This document shows, piece after piece, positions 30,067 to 38,708 of a stretch of 64,000 nt of DNA. Position numbers and translations under genes: made by a program. The stretch is from an uncultured Barnesiella sp. (GTDB taxonomy: Bacteria > Bacteroidota > Bacteroidia > Bacteroidales > Barnesiellaceae_A), in NCBI GenBank assembly GCA_944321085.1, contig CALUJY010000006.1, positions 103,193-167,192 of the forward strand, given 5' to 3'. How positions within the stretch are numbered: position 1 is the stretch's first letter; every line of letters begins with the position of its first letter. Below the pieces are notes generated by a model, which searched no databases, was not told the DNA's origin, and was given only the letters and a program-made list of their open reading frames with translations.

Positions 30067-30194
30067 AATTATTTATTCGGTCTTTCCTATCTTTTAGAAT
30101 TTTTTTTGTCATATCTTCCTTTCGGGAGGTATGGGTAGGCTTGTTTGAGGCAGGTGTTTCGTCTTGTTACGTTGGTTGAAAGGAGAAACGAAGC

Positions 30195-30232
30195 ACACAC
30201 CCCCGACACAAATGTTTGTGTCGGGGGTGTGT
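30195..30232 (-). terminator. Very strong palindromic hairpin downstream of der
   Basis: ACACACCCCCGACACAAA / TTTGTGTCGGGGGTGTGT gives 18 complementary positions. A T-rich tract follows on the minus strand. Confidence 0.6.
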
Positions 30233-30371
30233 TTGCAAAGCTATTTGATGCGGCGTATGGTGAGCCCGCCATATAGTTGTTCTTATGCGTGAGGGAAGCT
30301 GTAACTTGTCCCCTTCTGCCTCCCTTTGCGCCTGTAGGGCTGTCGCCCGATTTGGGTCTTCTTCTCTGAGC

Positions 30372-31685
30372 CTATTTTTCTCGCATGAAGATGTTGATAG
30401 GCGTGCCGCAATAGTTCCATGTATCGCGTATCTTGTTTTCCAAGTAGCGTTTGTATGGCTCTTTGACCCACTGTGGCAGGTTACAGAAAAATACGAACGA
30501 TGGGATTTGGGCTTCTTTGAGCATGGTTACGTATTTTATTTTCACGTATTTGCCTTTTGTTGCGGGTGGCGGGTACGACTCGATGGCGGGAAGCAATACT
30601 TCGTTGAGCTTCGAGGTGGGTACGATGCGTTTGCGGTTCTTAAACACTTCGATGGCCGTATCGAGTACCTTGTATATGCGTTGTTTCGTTATGGCCGATG
30701 TGAAGATGATGGGGAAGTCGGTGAAAGGAGCCAACCTGTCGCGTATGGCATTCTCGAATGTCTTGATGGCTGCTGTGGTTTTGTTCTCTACCAAGTCCCA
30801 TTTGTTGACGCATACGACCAGCCCTTTGCGGTTTTTCTGAATGAGCGAGAATATATTGAGGTCTTGTCCCTCGATGCCTCGCGTGGCGTCTATCATGAGG
30901 ATACACACGTCGGCATTTTCAATGGCTCTGATGGAGCGTATGACGGAATAGTATTCGAGGTCTTCCGATACTTTTCCTTTCTTGCGTATGCCGGCGGTGT
31001 CGACCAAATAGAAGTCGAAACCGAATTTGTTGTAGCGCGTGTATATGGAATCGCGCGTGGTGCCGGCAATATGGGTGACGATGTTACGTTCCTCGCCTAT
31101 GAAAGCGTTTATGATAGACGATTTCCCGGCATTGGGACGGCCTACGACGGCGAAACGCGGTATGTCGTTTTCTATTTCTTCGGTGTCCTCCTTGGTGAAT
31201 TTGCTCACGATGAGGTCGAGCAAGTCGCCGGTGCCGCTGCCGTTGATGGCCGACACGCACACGGGGTCGCCCAGCCCCAGCTTGTAGAACTCGGCGGCGT
31301 AGTATTGCGCCTGATGTGAGTCGGCTTTGTTGGCCACCAATATAACGGGCTTTTTGGCGCGACGCAAGATGTCGGCGACGTGGTCGTCGAGGTCAGTGTT
31401 TCCGTTAGCAACATCGACGACAAACAATATCACATCGGCTTCTTCTATGGCTATGGCTACTTGCTTGTTTATTTCTTCTTCGAAAATGTCTTCCGAGTTG
31501 ACAATCCATCCCCCGGTGTCGACGATAGAGAACTCGCGCCCTTCCCAGTCTACTTTACCGTATTGTCGGTCGCGTGTGGTGCCGGCGGTTTCGTTCACAA
31601 TCGCTTGTCGCGACTGTGTGAGCCGGTTGAAAAGTGTCGATTTGCCCACGTTGGGGCGGCCTACAATGGCTACTAAGTTTCCCAT
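30372..31685 (-). CDS. der: Ribosome-biogenesis GTPase Der (EngA)
   Basis: 437 aa with two tandem GTPase domains ([14 protein letters not shown] and [14 protein letters not shown]) and a KH-like C-terminus. Confidence 0.97.
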   Translation of the reverse strand: MGNLVAIVGRPNVGKSTLFNRLTQSRQAIVNETAGTTRDRQYGKVDWEGREFSIVDTGGWIVNSEDIFEEEINKQVAIAIEEADVILFVVDVANGNTDLDDHVADILRRAKKPVILVANKADSHQAQYYAAEFYKLGLGDPVCVSAINGSGTGDLLDLIVSKFTKEDTEEIENDIPRFAVVGRPNAGKSSIINAFIGEERNIVTHIAGTTRDSIYTRYNKFGFDFYLVDTAGIRKKGKVSEDLEYYSVIRSIRAIENADVCILMIDATRGIEGQDLNIFSLIQKNRKGLVVCVNKWDLVENKTTAAIKTFENAIRDRLAPFTDFPIIFTSAITKQRIYKVLDTAIEVFKNRKRIVPTSKLNEVLLPAIESYPPPATKGKYVKIKYVTMLKEAQIPSFVFFCNLPQWVKEPYKRYLENKIRDTWNYCGTPINIFMREK

Positions 31686-31705
31686 ATTGTATTTGTTGTT
31701 TTATG

Positions 31706-32590
31706 TCAGTCGGTAATATAGCCGAAACTGCGTAAATTTTTTTCTTTGTTGCGCCACTCTTTTTCTACTTTGACATAGAGCTGCAAGAAGACTTTTTTGT
31801 CGAAAAATGCTTCGATGTCTTTTCTTGCCAGTGTGCCTACTTTTTTGAGCGATGCTCCGCCGCGGCCTATGATGATACCTTTTTGCGAGTCGCGCTCTAC
31901 GTATATCACCGCTGCGATGTCTATCTGCTTGTCGCTCTCTTTGAATTGCTCTACGACGACCTCGCAGGCGTACGGTATCTCTTTGTCGTAGGTAAGCAAT
32001 ATTTTTTCGCGAATGATTTCTGTCACGAAAAAGCGGGCTGGCCTGTCGGTGAGGGCGTCTTTCTCGAAGAAAGGAGGCGACTCGGGCAATAACTCTTTGA
32101 TGCGTCCCAGCAACGTATCGATGTTGAATCGGTGCATTGCCGATATGGGTATTATTTCGGCTTGTGGCAGCAATACTTTCCATTGTTCCACGAGCTTTTC
32201 GAGCTCTGCCTGTCCTTTGAGTAGGTCTATTTTGTTGATGACAACGATGACGGGGATTGTTTCGGAGGCGACTTTCTGCAAGAAGTCGCTGTGTTTGTCG
32301 GGGGTTTCTACGGTATCGGTTACGTACAGTAGAATGTCTGCATCTACCAGTGCCGATTGCGAGAAGCCGAGCATGGACTCTTGCAGCTTATAGTGGGGTT
32401 TTAGTACGCCCGGGGTATCGGAATACACGATTTGCATGTCGTCGGTGTTGACGATACCCATGATGCGGTGGCGTGTGGTCTGAGCTTTGGCGGTGATGAT
32501 AGAGATGCGTTCCCCCACGAGCGAGTTCATGAGGGTTGATTTCCCTACGTTGGGGTTGCCTACGATGTTTACGAATCCCGATTTGTGCAT
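31706..32590 (-). CDS. era: GTPase Era
   Basis: 294 aa with the G1 motif [14 protein letters not shown] and a C-terminal KH domain. Confidence 0.97.
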   Translation of the reverse strand: MHKSGFVNIVGNPNVGKSTLMNSLVGERISIITAKAQTTRHRIMGIVNTDDMQIVYSDTPGVLKPHYKLQESMLGFSQSALVDADILLYVTDTVETPDKHSDFLQKVASETIPVIVVINKIDLLKGQAELEKLVEQWKVLLPQAEIIPISAMHRFNIDTLLGRIKELLPESPPFFEKDALTDRPARFFVTEIIREKILLTYDKEIPYACEVVVEQFKESDKQIDIAAVIYVERDSQKGIIIGRGGASLKKVGTLARKDIEAFFDKKVFLQLYVKVEKEWRNKEKNLRSFGYITD

Positions 32591-32677
32591 GCTTTTTTCT
32601 TTTTCTCTATTTCTTGCCCCGGCATGAGGCGCAGATGGGTTATTATATCTTCGAGGGGTGACGTCGTACCCTGTTAT

Positions 32678-32685
32678 GCAAAGAT
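32678..32685 (-). promoter_or_regulatory. -7 box TATCTTTG upstream of era-der
   Basis: Exact match on the minus strand, 88 nt upstream of the era ATG. Confidence 0.45.
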
Positions 32686-32835
32686 AGTATATTTTCTCGT
32701 TTGCAAGGATTGCGTTCTGTAACAGTTCTTTTTGTTACGATTCGTCCCTTGTATGGGGTACGGGCATGTACTTATATAGATAGCAAAAACGCATCCGCTC
32801 TGTGTCGGGTGCGTTTTGCATGTATGTGGTATATT

Positions 32836-33828
32836 TTATTTTGCGTCGTATCCCCAGATGAGATAGAGTGCGCCCCATGTGAATCCGGCACCGAAAGCGG
32901 TGAGGACAAACTTGTCGCCTTTTTTGAAACGACTCTCGAAGTCGCTGAGACACAAAGGAATAGAAGCAGCGCTCGTGTTGCCGTATTTCTGTATGTTGAC
33001 GAGTACTTTTTCAGAAGGAATGTTGAAACGTTCGGCAATGGCCTCTATAATACGCAAGTTGGCTTGGTGCGGTACGAAGAAGTCTATGTCGTTAACCGTG
33101 AGGTTGTTGCGCAACATGACGGTGTTGGATGACCGTATCATGTCGGTAACAGCATGTTTGAACACGAAACGACCGTCTTGGAACACGAAGTGGTCGTTGT
33201 TATCAACTGTTTCGTGCGAGGCGGGAAGTACCGAGCCACCGGCATTCATGATGAGGTGGTGCAGTCCTATACCGTCGGTGTGCAAGGTGCTGTCTATAAT
33301 ACCTGTGCCATCTTCCGAGGGCTCTACCAAAACGCAGGCGGCAGCGTCACCGAAGAGGGGACATGTCGAGCGGTCTTTGTAGTTGGTCATCGACGACATT
33401 TTCTCAGCGGCAACAACTACGATTTTCTTGTATATACCTGCTTGTATGTATGCTGCGGCAGCTTGCAGAGAGACTAGAAAGCCGGCGCAAGCAGCTTCCA
33501 AGTCATAGCCGTAGGTGGTTTTTATACCTAATTTTTCGGCGATGATAGAGGCTGTCGACGGGAATCTGTAATCGGGGTTCGAGGTAGCGCAGATGATGAG
33601 CTCTATCTCTTCGGGGCGGATACCTGTTTTCTCTATCAGGCGCGCTACGGCGCGATAGCCAAGGTCTGACGAACCGGTTCCTTTCTCTTTCAGGATACGG
33701 CGTTCTTTTATACCTACGCGAGTGGTAATCCATTCGTCGTTGGTATCTACCATGTGCGACAGCTCTTCGTTAGTGAGCACGTAATCGGGCACGTACGAGG
33801 CTATACCTGTAATTTTAGCTCTTAGCAT
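32836..33828 (-). CDS. fabH: Beta-ketoacyl-ACP synthase III
   Basis: 330 aa with the active-site Cys context (LEAACAGF), the HQAN motif and a GAGFTWGA C-terminus. Confidence 0.95.
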   Translation of the reverse strand: MLRAKITGIASYVPDYVLTNEELSHMVDTNDEWITTRVGIKERRILKEKGTGSSDLGYRAVARLIEKTGIRPEEIELIICATSNPDYRFPSTASIIAEKLGIKTTYGYDLEAACAGFLVSLQAAAAYIQAGIYKKIVVVAAEKMSSMTNYKDRSTCPLFGDAAACVLVEPSEDGTGIIDSTLHTDGIGLHHLIMNAGGSVLPASHETVDNNDHFVFQDGRFVFKHAVTDMIRSSNTVMLRNNLTVNDIDFFVPHQANLRIIEAIAERFNIPSEKVLVNIQKYGNTSAASIPLCLSDFESRFKKGDKFVLTAFGAGFTWGALYLIWGYDAK

Positions 33829-33871
33829 ATTCTTGTTTTTGTCACGTATGTTATGAGAGAAAATGAGATTG

Positions 33872-33879
33872 CAAATTTA
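33872..33879 (-). promoter_or_regulatory. -7 box TAAATTTG upstream of fabH
   Basis: Exact match on the minus strand, 44 nt upstream of the fabH ATG and just downstream of the rpmF terminator. Confidence 0.45.
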
Positions 33880-33908
33880 CGATTTCTCTGCGAATGATAA
33901 TTTGAAAA

Positions 33909-33934
33909 AATGCCCTAAATTGCTTTAGGGCATT
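33909..33934 (-). terminator. Rho-independent terminator downstream of rpmF
   Basis: AATGCCCTAAA / TTTAGGGCATT forms an 11-bp stem with a 4-nt loop. T6 follows on the minus strand. Confidence 0.8.
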
Positions 33935-33956
33935 TTGCTCGAGCTGCGTAAGTCAA

Positions 33957-34142
33957 TTATACGGCAGCTTCTTTTTCGATAGCCAATTTCCCTCTGTAAT
34001 AGCCGCATTCGCTGCAAACGGTGTGATATACGTGCCATGCGCCGCAATTAGGGCATATTGCCAATGTGGGGGCTACAGCCTTGTCGTGAGTTCTTCTCTT
34101 GGCTGTTCTTGTCTTTGACTGTTTTCTTTTAGGATGTGCCAT
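33957..34142 (-). CDS. rpmF: 50S ribosomal protein L32
   Basis: 61 aa starting MAHPKRKQSKTRTAKRR, with a CxxC...CxxC zinc ribbon. Confidence 0.95.
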   Translation of the reverse strand: MAHPKRKQSKTRTAKRRTHDKAVAPTLAICPNCGAWHVYHTVCSECGYYRGKLAIEKEAAV

Positions 34143-34161
34143 TTTTTTTATGTTTTAATTA

Positions 34162-34728
34162 TTATCTTTTCAACTTTTTGAGAGCGTCCCAACGAGGGTC
34201 GGTAGGCGTTTCGTCGTTGTCATCTTCGCAGGGAGGTACATCGTCTTCTTCGTTTTCCCCGTCCAGCTCGGGGATGTGGGCTCTCATCCTGTGCAGTTGT
34301 GCACTCATCTCTTTGTTGCATTTGCCGTAAGGATGCACATGCTTCAAGGGGATAGTCAAGGCGATGAATTCGTAGAGAAGCCAAGCTATATTCAGCTCTC
34401 CGGGCTCGGGAATGACCAGCGTATCGTCATCTTCTTCCCTGTATTCGTCGCCGATTTTTACGTGTAGTTTTTCTTCGACGTTTACCTCATGTTCCATGTC
34501 GTCGAGACAGCGGTCGCAAGGGATGAATATAATGCCCGTCAAGTCGAACCGCAACTCGTATGAGGCTGCGGCATGTTTGGCTTGTACGCGGGCTTTCACT
34601 CTTCCGCGCTGTACCTCGGGACCTTCTACTTCGGCAAAAAAGTCATTGCCGAGCTCATACTCAAAGGTTTGCGTCTCCCCTGCGGGGATGTTTTTAAGCA
34701 TCAATTTGTATGTAGTAAACTTTCCCAA
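34162..34728 (-). CDS. DUF177 (YceD-like) protein
   Basis: It occupies the conserved position upstream of rpmF, and it has an acidic C-terminus and a CDRCL motif. The track start 34758 is a TTG that overlaps the TACCTTTG -7 box. I therefore moved the start to the TTG at 34728. The ATG at 34701 is an alternative. Confidence 0.8.
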   Translation of the reverse strand: MGKFTTYKLMLKNIPAGETQTFEYELGNDFFAEVEGPEVQRGRVKARVQAKHAAASYELRFDLTGIIFIPCDRCLDDMEHEVNVEEKLHVKIGDEYREEDDDTLVIPEPGELNIAWLLYEFIALTIPLKHVHPYGKCNKEMSAQLHRMRAHIPELDGENEEDDVPPCEDDNDETPTDPRWDALKKLKR

Positions 34729-34755
34729 GGCTAATACATCGTTAAAAAAGCTCCG

Positions 34756-34763
34756 CAAAGGTA
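34756..34763 (-). promoter_or_regulatory. -7 box TACCTTTG upstream of the yceD-like gene and rpmF
   Basis: Exact match on the minus strand. It overlaps the first possible TTG start of the track ORF. Confidence 0.45.
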
Positions 34764-34943
34764 AGAAAAATAATCGTTACTTGTCAACCCTTTGCGTGAA
34801 TATTTATTTTTTACTCTCATATTGTGGTTCATAGCGGCTTGTTGTCGTTAGATGTCGATACCTTAACGCCGAGGTGCGGCGAAAGGTTTGCCAGCCATGC
34901 CGATTTTTGTTTCTGTTTGCTTATTCTTGCCGCTATAATAAGA

Positions 34944-34974
34944 GGAGCTGTCTGTAAGAATTACAGACAGCTCC
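34944..34974 (-). terminator. Terminator hairpin downstream of fba
   Basis: GGAGCTGTCTGTAA / TTACAGACAGCTCC forms a 14-bp perfect stem with a 3-nt loop. Confidence 0.65.
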
Positions 34975-34995
34975 TTACTATGACAAAAGAATATA

Positions 34996-35988
34996 TTAGG
35001 CTTTGTTGGCGCTACCGAGAACGTCTATGATTTTGTGTTTGTAGAGTTCTCTCAGTGCGTCGCGAGCGGGGCCTAAGTATTTACGCGGGTCAAACTCGGC
35101 GGGTTTCGTGGCAAATACCTCTCTGATGGCGGCGGTCATGGCCAAGCGACCATCTGAGTCGATGTTGATTTTGCAAACGGCCGAGGTAGCTGCACGACGG
35201 AGTTGCTCTTCGGGGATACCGATGGCATCTTTGAGGGCGCCGCCGTATTTGTTGATGATGGCAACTTTGTCTTGGGGAACGCTCGACGAGCCGTGGAGTA
35301 CGATGGGGAAACCCGGAATGCGTTTCTCTATCTCTTCGAGGATGTCGAAGCGCAGTGGGGGCGGTACGAGAATGCCGTCGGCATTGCGGGTGCATTGCTC
35401 GGGGCGGAACTTGTTGGCGCCGTGTGATGTGCCTATCGAGATGGCGAGCGAGTCGACACCTGTTTTCGACAAGAAGTCTTCAACCTCCTCGGGGCGAGTG
35501 TAGGTGTGGTGTTCTGCCGAAACTTCGTCTTCAACGCCTGCCAATACGCCCAATTCGCCTTCTACGGTTACATCGTATTTGTGGGCATATTCTACAACGC
35601 GGCGGGTGAGTTCTACGTTCTCTTCGTAGGGATGGTGCGAACCGTCTATCATGACAGACGAGAAGCCCATGTCTACGCAAGATTTACACAACTCGAAGGT
35701 ATCGCCGTGGTCGAGGTGCAAGCAAATAGGTATTGCATAGCCCAATTCTTTGGCATATTCTACTGCGCCTTGCGCCATGTAGCGCAGGATGGTCTGGTTG
35801 GCGTATTTGCGTGCGCCGCTCGAAACTTGCAGAATAACGGGCGACTTGCATTCTACGGCAGCTTGCACGATAGCTTGCATTTGCTCCATGTTGTTGAAGT
35901 TGAATGCAGCAATGGCATACTTGCCTTCCATGGCCTTACGGAACATCTCCCGGGTGTTCACCAAGCCTAAATCCTTGTAACTTACCAT
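34996..35988 (-). CDS. fba: Class II fructose-1,6-bisphosphate aldolase
   Basis: 330 aa with the motifs LHLDHG, HGSSS and IAIGTSHGA. Confidence 0.95.
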   Translation of the reverse strand: MVSYKDLGLVNTREMFRKAMEGKYAIAAFNFNNMEQMQAIVQAAVECKSPVILQVSSGARKYANQTILRYMAQGAVEYAKELGYAIPICLHLDHGDTFELCKSCVDMGFSSVMIDGSHHPYEENVELTRRVVEYAHKYDVTVEGELGVLAGVEDEVSAEHHTYTRPEEVEDFLSKTGVDSLAISIGTSHGANKFRPEQCTRNADGILVPPPLRFDILEEIEKRIPGFPIVLHGSSSVPQDKVAIINKYGGALKDAIGIPEEQLRRAATSAVCKINIDSDGRLAMTAAIREVFATKPAEFDPRKYLGPARDALRELYKHKIIDVLGSANKA

Positions 35989-36025
35989 TTCTTTATAGGG
36001 ATTAGTTAGTAAAAAATTCGTTGTG

Positions 36026-36033
36026 CAAAGATA
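36026..36033 (-). promoter_or_regulatory. -7 box TATCTTTG upstream of fba
   Basis: Exact match on the minus strand, 38 nt upstream of the fba ATG. Confidence 0.5.
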
Positions 36034-36160
36034 ACGAAAAACCGTCGCTTGGCGTTGCCGTTTTTTCGTTTTTTTATCCTATATAATCTATATGTAATAA
36101 TAGATGGAATTTTTTGCTATATATGGTGTGCAAAATGGCGATTATATCGTGCCGCAGGGT

Positions 36161-36805
36161 TCATTTGACGACGATGAGCTGCCACCGGCTGCCGTTCCAT
36201 CGCAGGGTGCGGTGCAGTAGCAGGTCGGGGGCTATGCTGCGGTAGGTGTCGGCGTCGAGTGTCTGCTCGAAAGTGGCGTTTGCCGCTATGTCGTCGCTTG
36301 CTTCGCTCATGGTGTACTCTATGGTGGGGATGAGCACGGTGGCAAGAATCTCATGGCGCTGTGCCTTATCGACAGATGGGGCTACGAAATCGTCGGTTTT
36401 TATTTCGGGCAGGTATCGGTGTGTGTCGAGCGGCTGCCACCGGCTGTCGTATATCTCTATGCGACTGTTGGCGGCGGGGGCATAGAGGGTATGTATCGTC
36501 ACGTATATTGTATCTTTTGCCGTTTTGATGCGCTTGATTTGCAGGGTGCTGCTGGTCGATAGTCGCACGGCTATATAGTTGTCGCCCATGGCGGTTATTT
36601 CGGCTTCGCCTCCCAGTAGCGTGGCGGCGCGCGCCGGTTGTCCGGCACGGTATAGGTCTACCATATCCATGCGTCTGTTGGGCTCTATGGTGGGTACGAG
36701 CTTTTGCGGTATGGCTTCCCATACCTCGCCCATGTCGGTGGCTGCCCATGCGACGTTGTGTGCGGCTATGAGCGTTATGGCGATGATGTAGCGGGTTATT
36801 TTCAT
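36161..36805 (-). CDS. Hypothetical secreted protein (DUF3256-like by recollection)
   Basis: The track ORF was trimmed to the ATG at 36805, which gives the signal peptide MKITRYIIAITLIAAHNVAWA. There is no catalytic motif, and the family call is unverified. Confidence 0.6.
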   Translation of the reverse strand: MKITRYIIAITLIAAHNVAWAATDMGEVWEAIPQKLVPTIEPNRRMDMVDLYRAGQPARAATLLGGEAEITAMGDNYIAVRLSTSSTLQIKRIKTAKDTIYVTIHTLYAPAANSRIEIYDSRWQPLDTHRYLPEIKTDDFVAPSVDKAQRHEILATVLIPTIEYTMSEASDDIAANATFEQTLDADTYRSIAPDLLLHRTLRWNGSRWQLIVVK

Positions 36806-36887
36806 TGCAGAGTAAATTGTGAGGGCAACTGCGCCCTGTGGCAAAAATAGTCATTTTTGCGATAAGAGCGACGTTGCAGGAAATAAA

Positions 36888-37793
36888 TCAGGCGCGTGTA
36901 CCTATATATAAGAACAACATACCGAGCAATACGAGTATGAGGTCGGCCGATTTGTCCTTGATGTTCTTCTCTTTGAATATGAGCGCACCCGCTATGAAGC
37001 TCACTACGACACTGCTGCGTCGTATCATAGATACGATGGAAATCATGGAATCGGGATAGCTGAGGGCGTAGAAATAGACAAAGTCGGCGCAGACGAGAAA
37101 CAGCGAGATGAAGAAAATGCTGTTCCGCCACTTGAACGGGGTGGTTGTTTTGCGTCGCGGATACCACATAATAAGGCTTATGAGAGCCATCAAACCGAAC
37201 TGATAGTAGGAGTACCATACGAGTACGGTCATGCGGTCGAAGTTGTGCGACATGAGGTATTTGTCATACAGGGCGCTCATTGCACCGGTGACTGTTGCCA
37301 ATACGATGAAGAGTATCCACAGGTTGTGCTTGAAGTTGATGCCCTCTTTTTTCCCCGATAACGACAGCATGATGAATGATACTACGGCGAGTATTACACC
37401 TATCCATTGGTAGAGATTGAGCCGTTCGCCGAAGATGACAAGTGCGCCTACGAGGGTCAGTATCGGTTGCGATGCCTTAATAGGCCCTGCGATGGTGATG
37501 GGCAGGTGTTTGGTGGCAAAGTAGGCGAAGAGCCACGAGGTGAGCACGATGCACGATTTGCCGAAGATGTAGAGGTGTGTGCGTGCATCGACGTGGGGTA
37601 CGTAGAAGATGGTGTCGCGCATCAGTTCGGGCGCGGCGTATGAGAGTATGATAAACGGCAGGAAGAGCAGCGAGCAGAATAGTGTGTTGAGCAGCAATAC
37701 CGGAATGACGGCGTTGTTGTTTAGTGCTGCTTTCTTGAAAACTTCATATCCCCCTAACAGTAGGGCTGACAGGAATGCTAACGATAACCACAT
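36888..37793 (-). CDS. EamA/DMT-family transporter
   Basis: 301 aa with 10 predicted TM helices arranged as two EamA-like halves. Confidence 0.85.
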   Translation of the reverse strand: MWLSLAFLSALLLGGYEVFKKAALNNNAVIPVLLLNTLFCSLLFLPFIILSYAAPELMRDTIFYVPHVDARTHLYIFGKSCIVLTSWLFAYFATKHLPITIAGPIKASQPILTLVGALVIFGERLNLYQWIGVILAVVSFIMLSLSGKKEGINFKHNLWILFIVLATVTGAMSALYDKYLMSHNFDRMTVLVWYSYYQFGLMALISLIMWYPRRKTTTPFKWRNSIFFISLFLVCADFVYFYALSYPDSMISIVSMIRRSSVVVSFIAGALIFKEKNIKDKSADLILVLLGMLFLYIGTRA

Positions 37794-37824
37794 GCTAAAA
37801 TCTGTGCCTTTGTTTTTTCGGGTG

Positions 37825-37832
37825 CAAAGATA
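37825..37832 (-). promoter_or_regulatory. -7 box TATCTTTG upstream of the EamA transporter gene
   Basis: Exact match on the minus strand, 32 nt upstream of the ATG at 37793. Confidence 0.5.
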
Positions 37833-37931
37833 ATTCCAAAAATGCTTATCCGGCAGGCCGTGATGTGAAAAAGAAGGCTGTTGCGTATGTTTTAGGTTCT
37901 TGTGTATTGCAACGCTTCTTGTTCGCCGATG

Positions 37932-38678
37932 TTACAGAAAGAGTTTTTTGGGATATGTTATGTTGTGCAAAAAGAGGGCGTTCCCAGGCATGGAAGTACC
38001 GGCACAGCAGCGGTCTTGTGCCTCTATGATATGGCAAAATTTTTCTATCGAGATTTTGTGCTTCCCTACCTCTACAAGAGTACCGACGATGGCGCGTACC
38101 ATGTTGCGCAGGAAGCGGTCGGCGGTGATAGTGAATGTATAACCCTCTCCCTCGCGTTCCCAGCGTGCTTCGGTGATGGTGCAGTTGTTGGTCTTTACGT
38201 CGGTATGCAGCTTGCTGAAAGAGGTGAAGTCGTTGTATTCCAGCAGGTGCATGGCGGCGGCGTTCATGCGTTTGTAGTCGAGGCAGCCCCTATATTGCCA
38301 TGCGTATCGTCCCGTGAAAGGCGATTTGTGGTCGGTGGCGTAGTATTTGTAGGTGCGCGACAGGGCATCGAAGCGGGCGTGAGCCTCGGGGACGACCGGT
38401 ACACAACGGTATATGGCGATGTCGCGCGGCAGTATGCTGTTCAGTCGGTTACACAGGGCTATGGTGTCGGGCACAGGGCTTTCGGTATCGAAGTGCGCCA
38501 CCATGAGGCGGGCATTTACCCCGGCATCGGTGCGCCCTGCACCCGTTATGGGTGTAGGGCAGCGCAATACCATGCCTAAGGCAGTCTCTATGCGCTCTTG
38601 CACGGTGGTGCCATTGGGCTGTATTTGCCAGCCGTGGTAGTTTGCTCCGTCGTAGGCGAGATATAGAAAGTATCGCAT
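37932..38678 (-). CDS. truA: tRNA pseudouridine(38-40) synthase
   Basis: The track start 38702 is a TTG, so I trimmed it to the ATG at 38678 (MRYFLYLAYDGANYHGWQIQ). The catalytic motif is GAGRTDAGV. Confidence 0.93.
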   Translation of the reverse strand: MRYFLYLAYDGANYHGWQIQPNGTTVQERIETALGMVLRCPTPITGAGRTDAGVNARLMVAHFDTESPVPDTIALCNRLNSILPRDIAIYRCVPVVPEAHARFDALSRTYKYYATDHKSPFTGRYAWQYRGCLDYKRMNAAAMHLLEYNDFTSFSKLHTDVKTNNCTITEARWEREGEGYTFTITADRFLRNMVRAIVGTLVEVGKHKISIEKFCHIIEAQDRCCAGTSMPGNALFLHNITYPKKLFL

Positions 38679-38708
38679 AGCTCGGTGTAGAGGCGGTTGC
38701 AACGTGCG

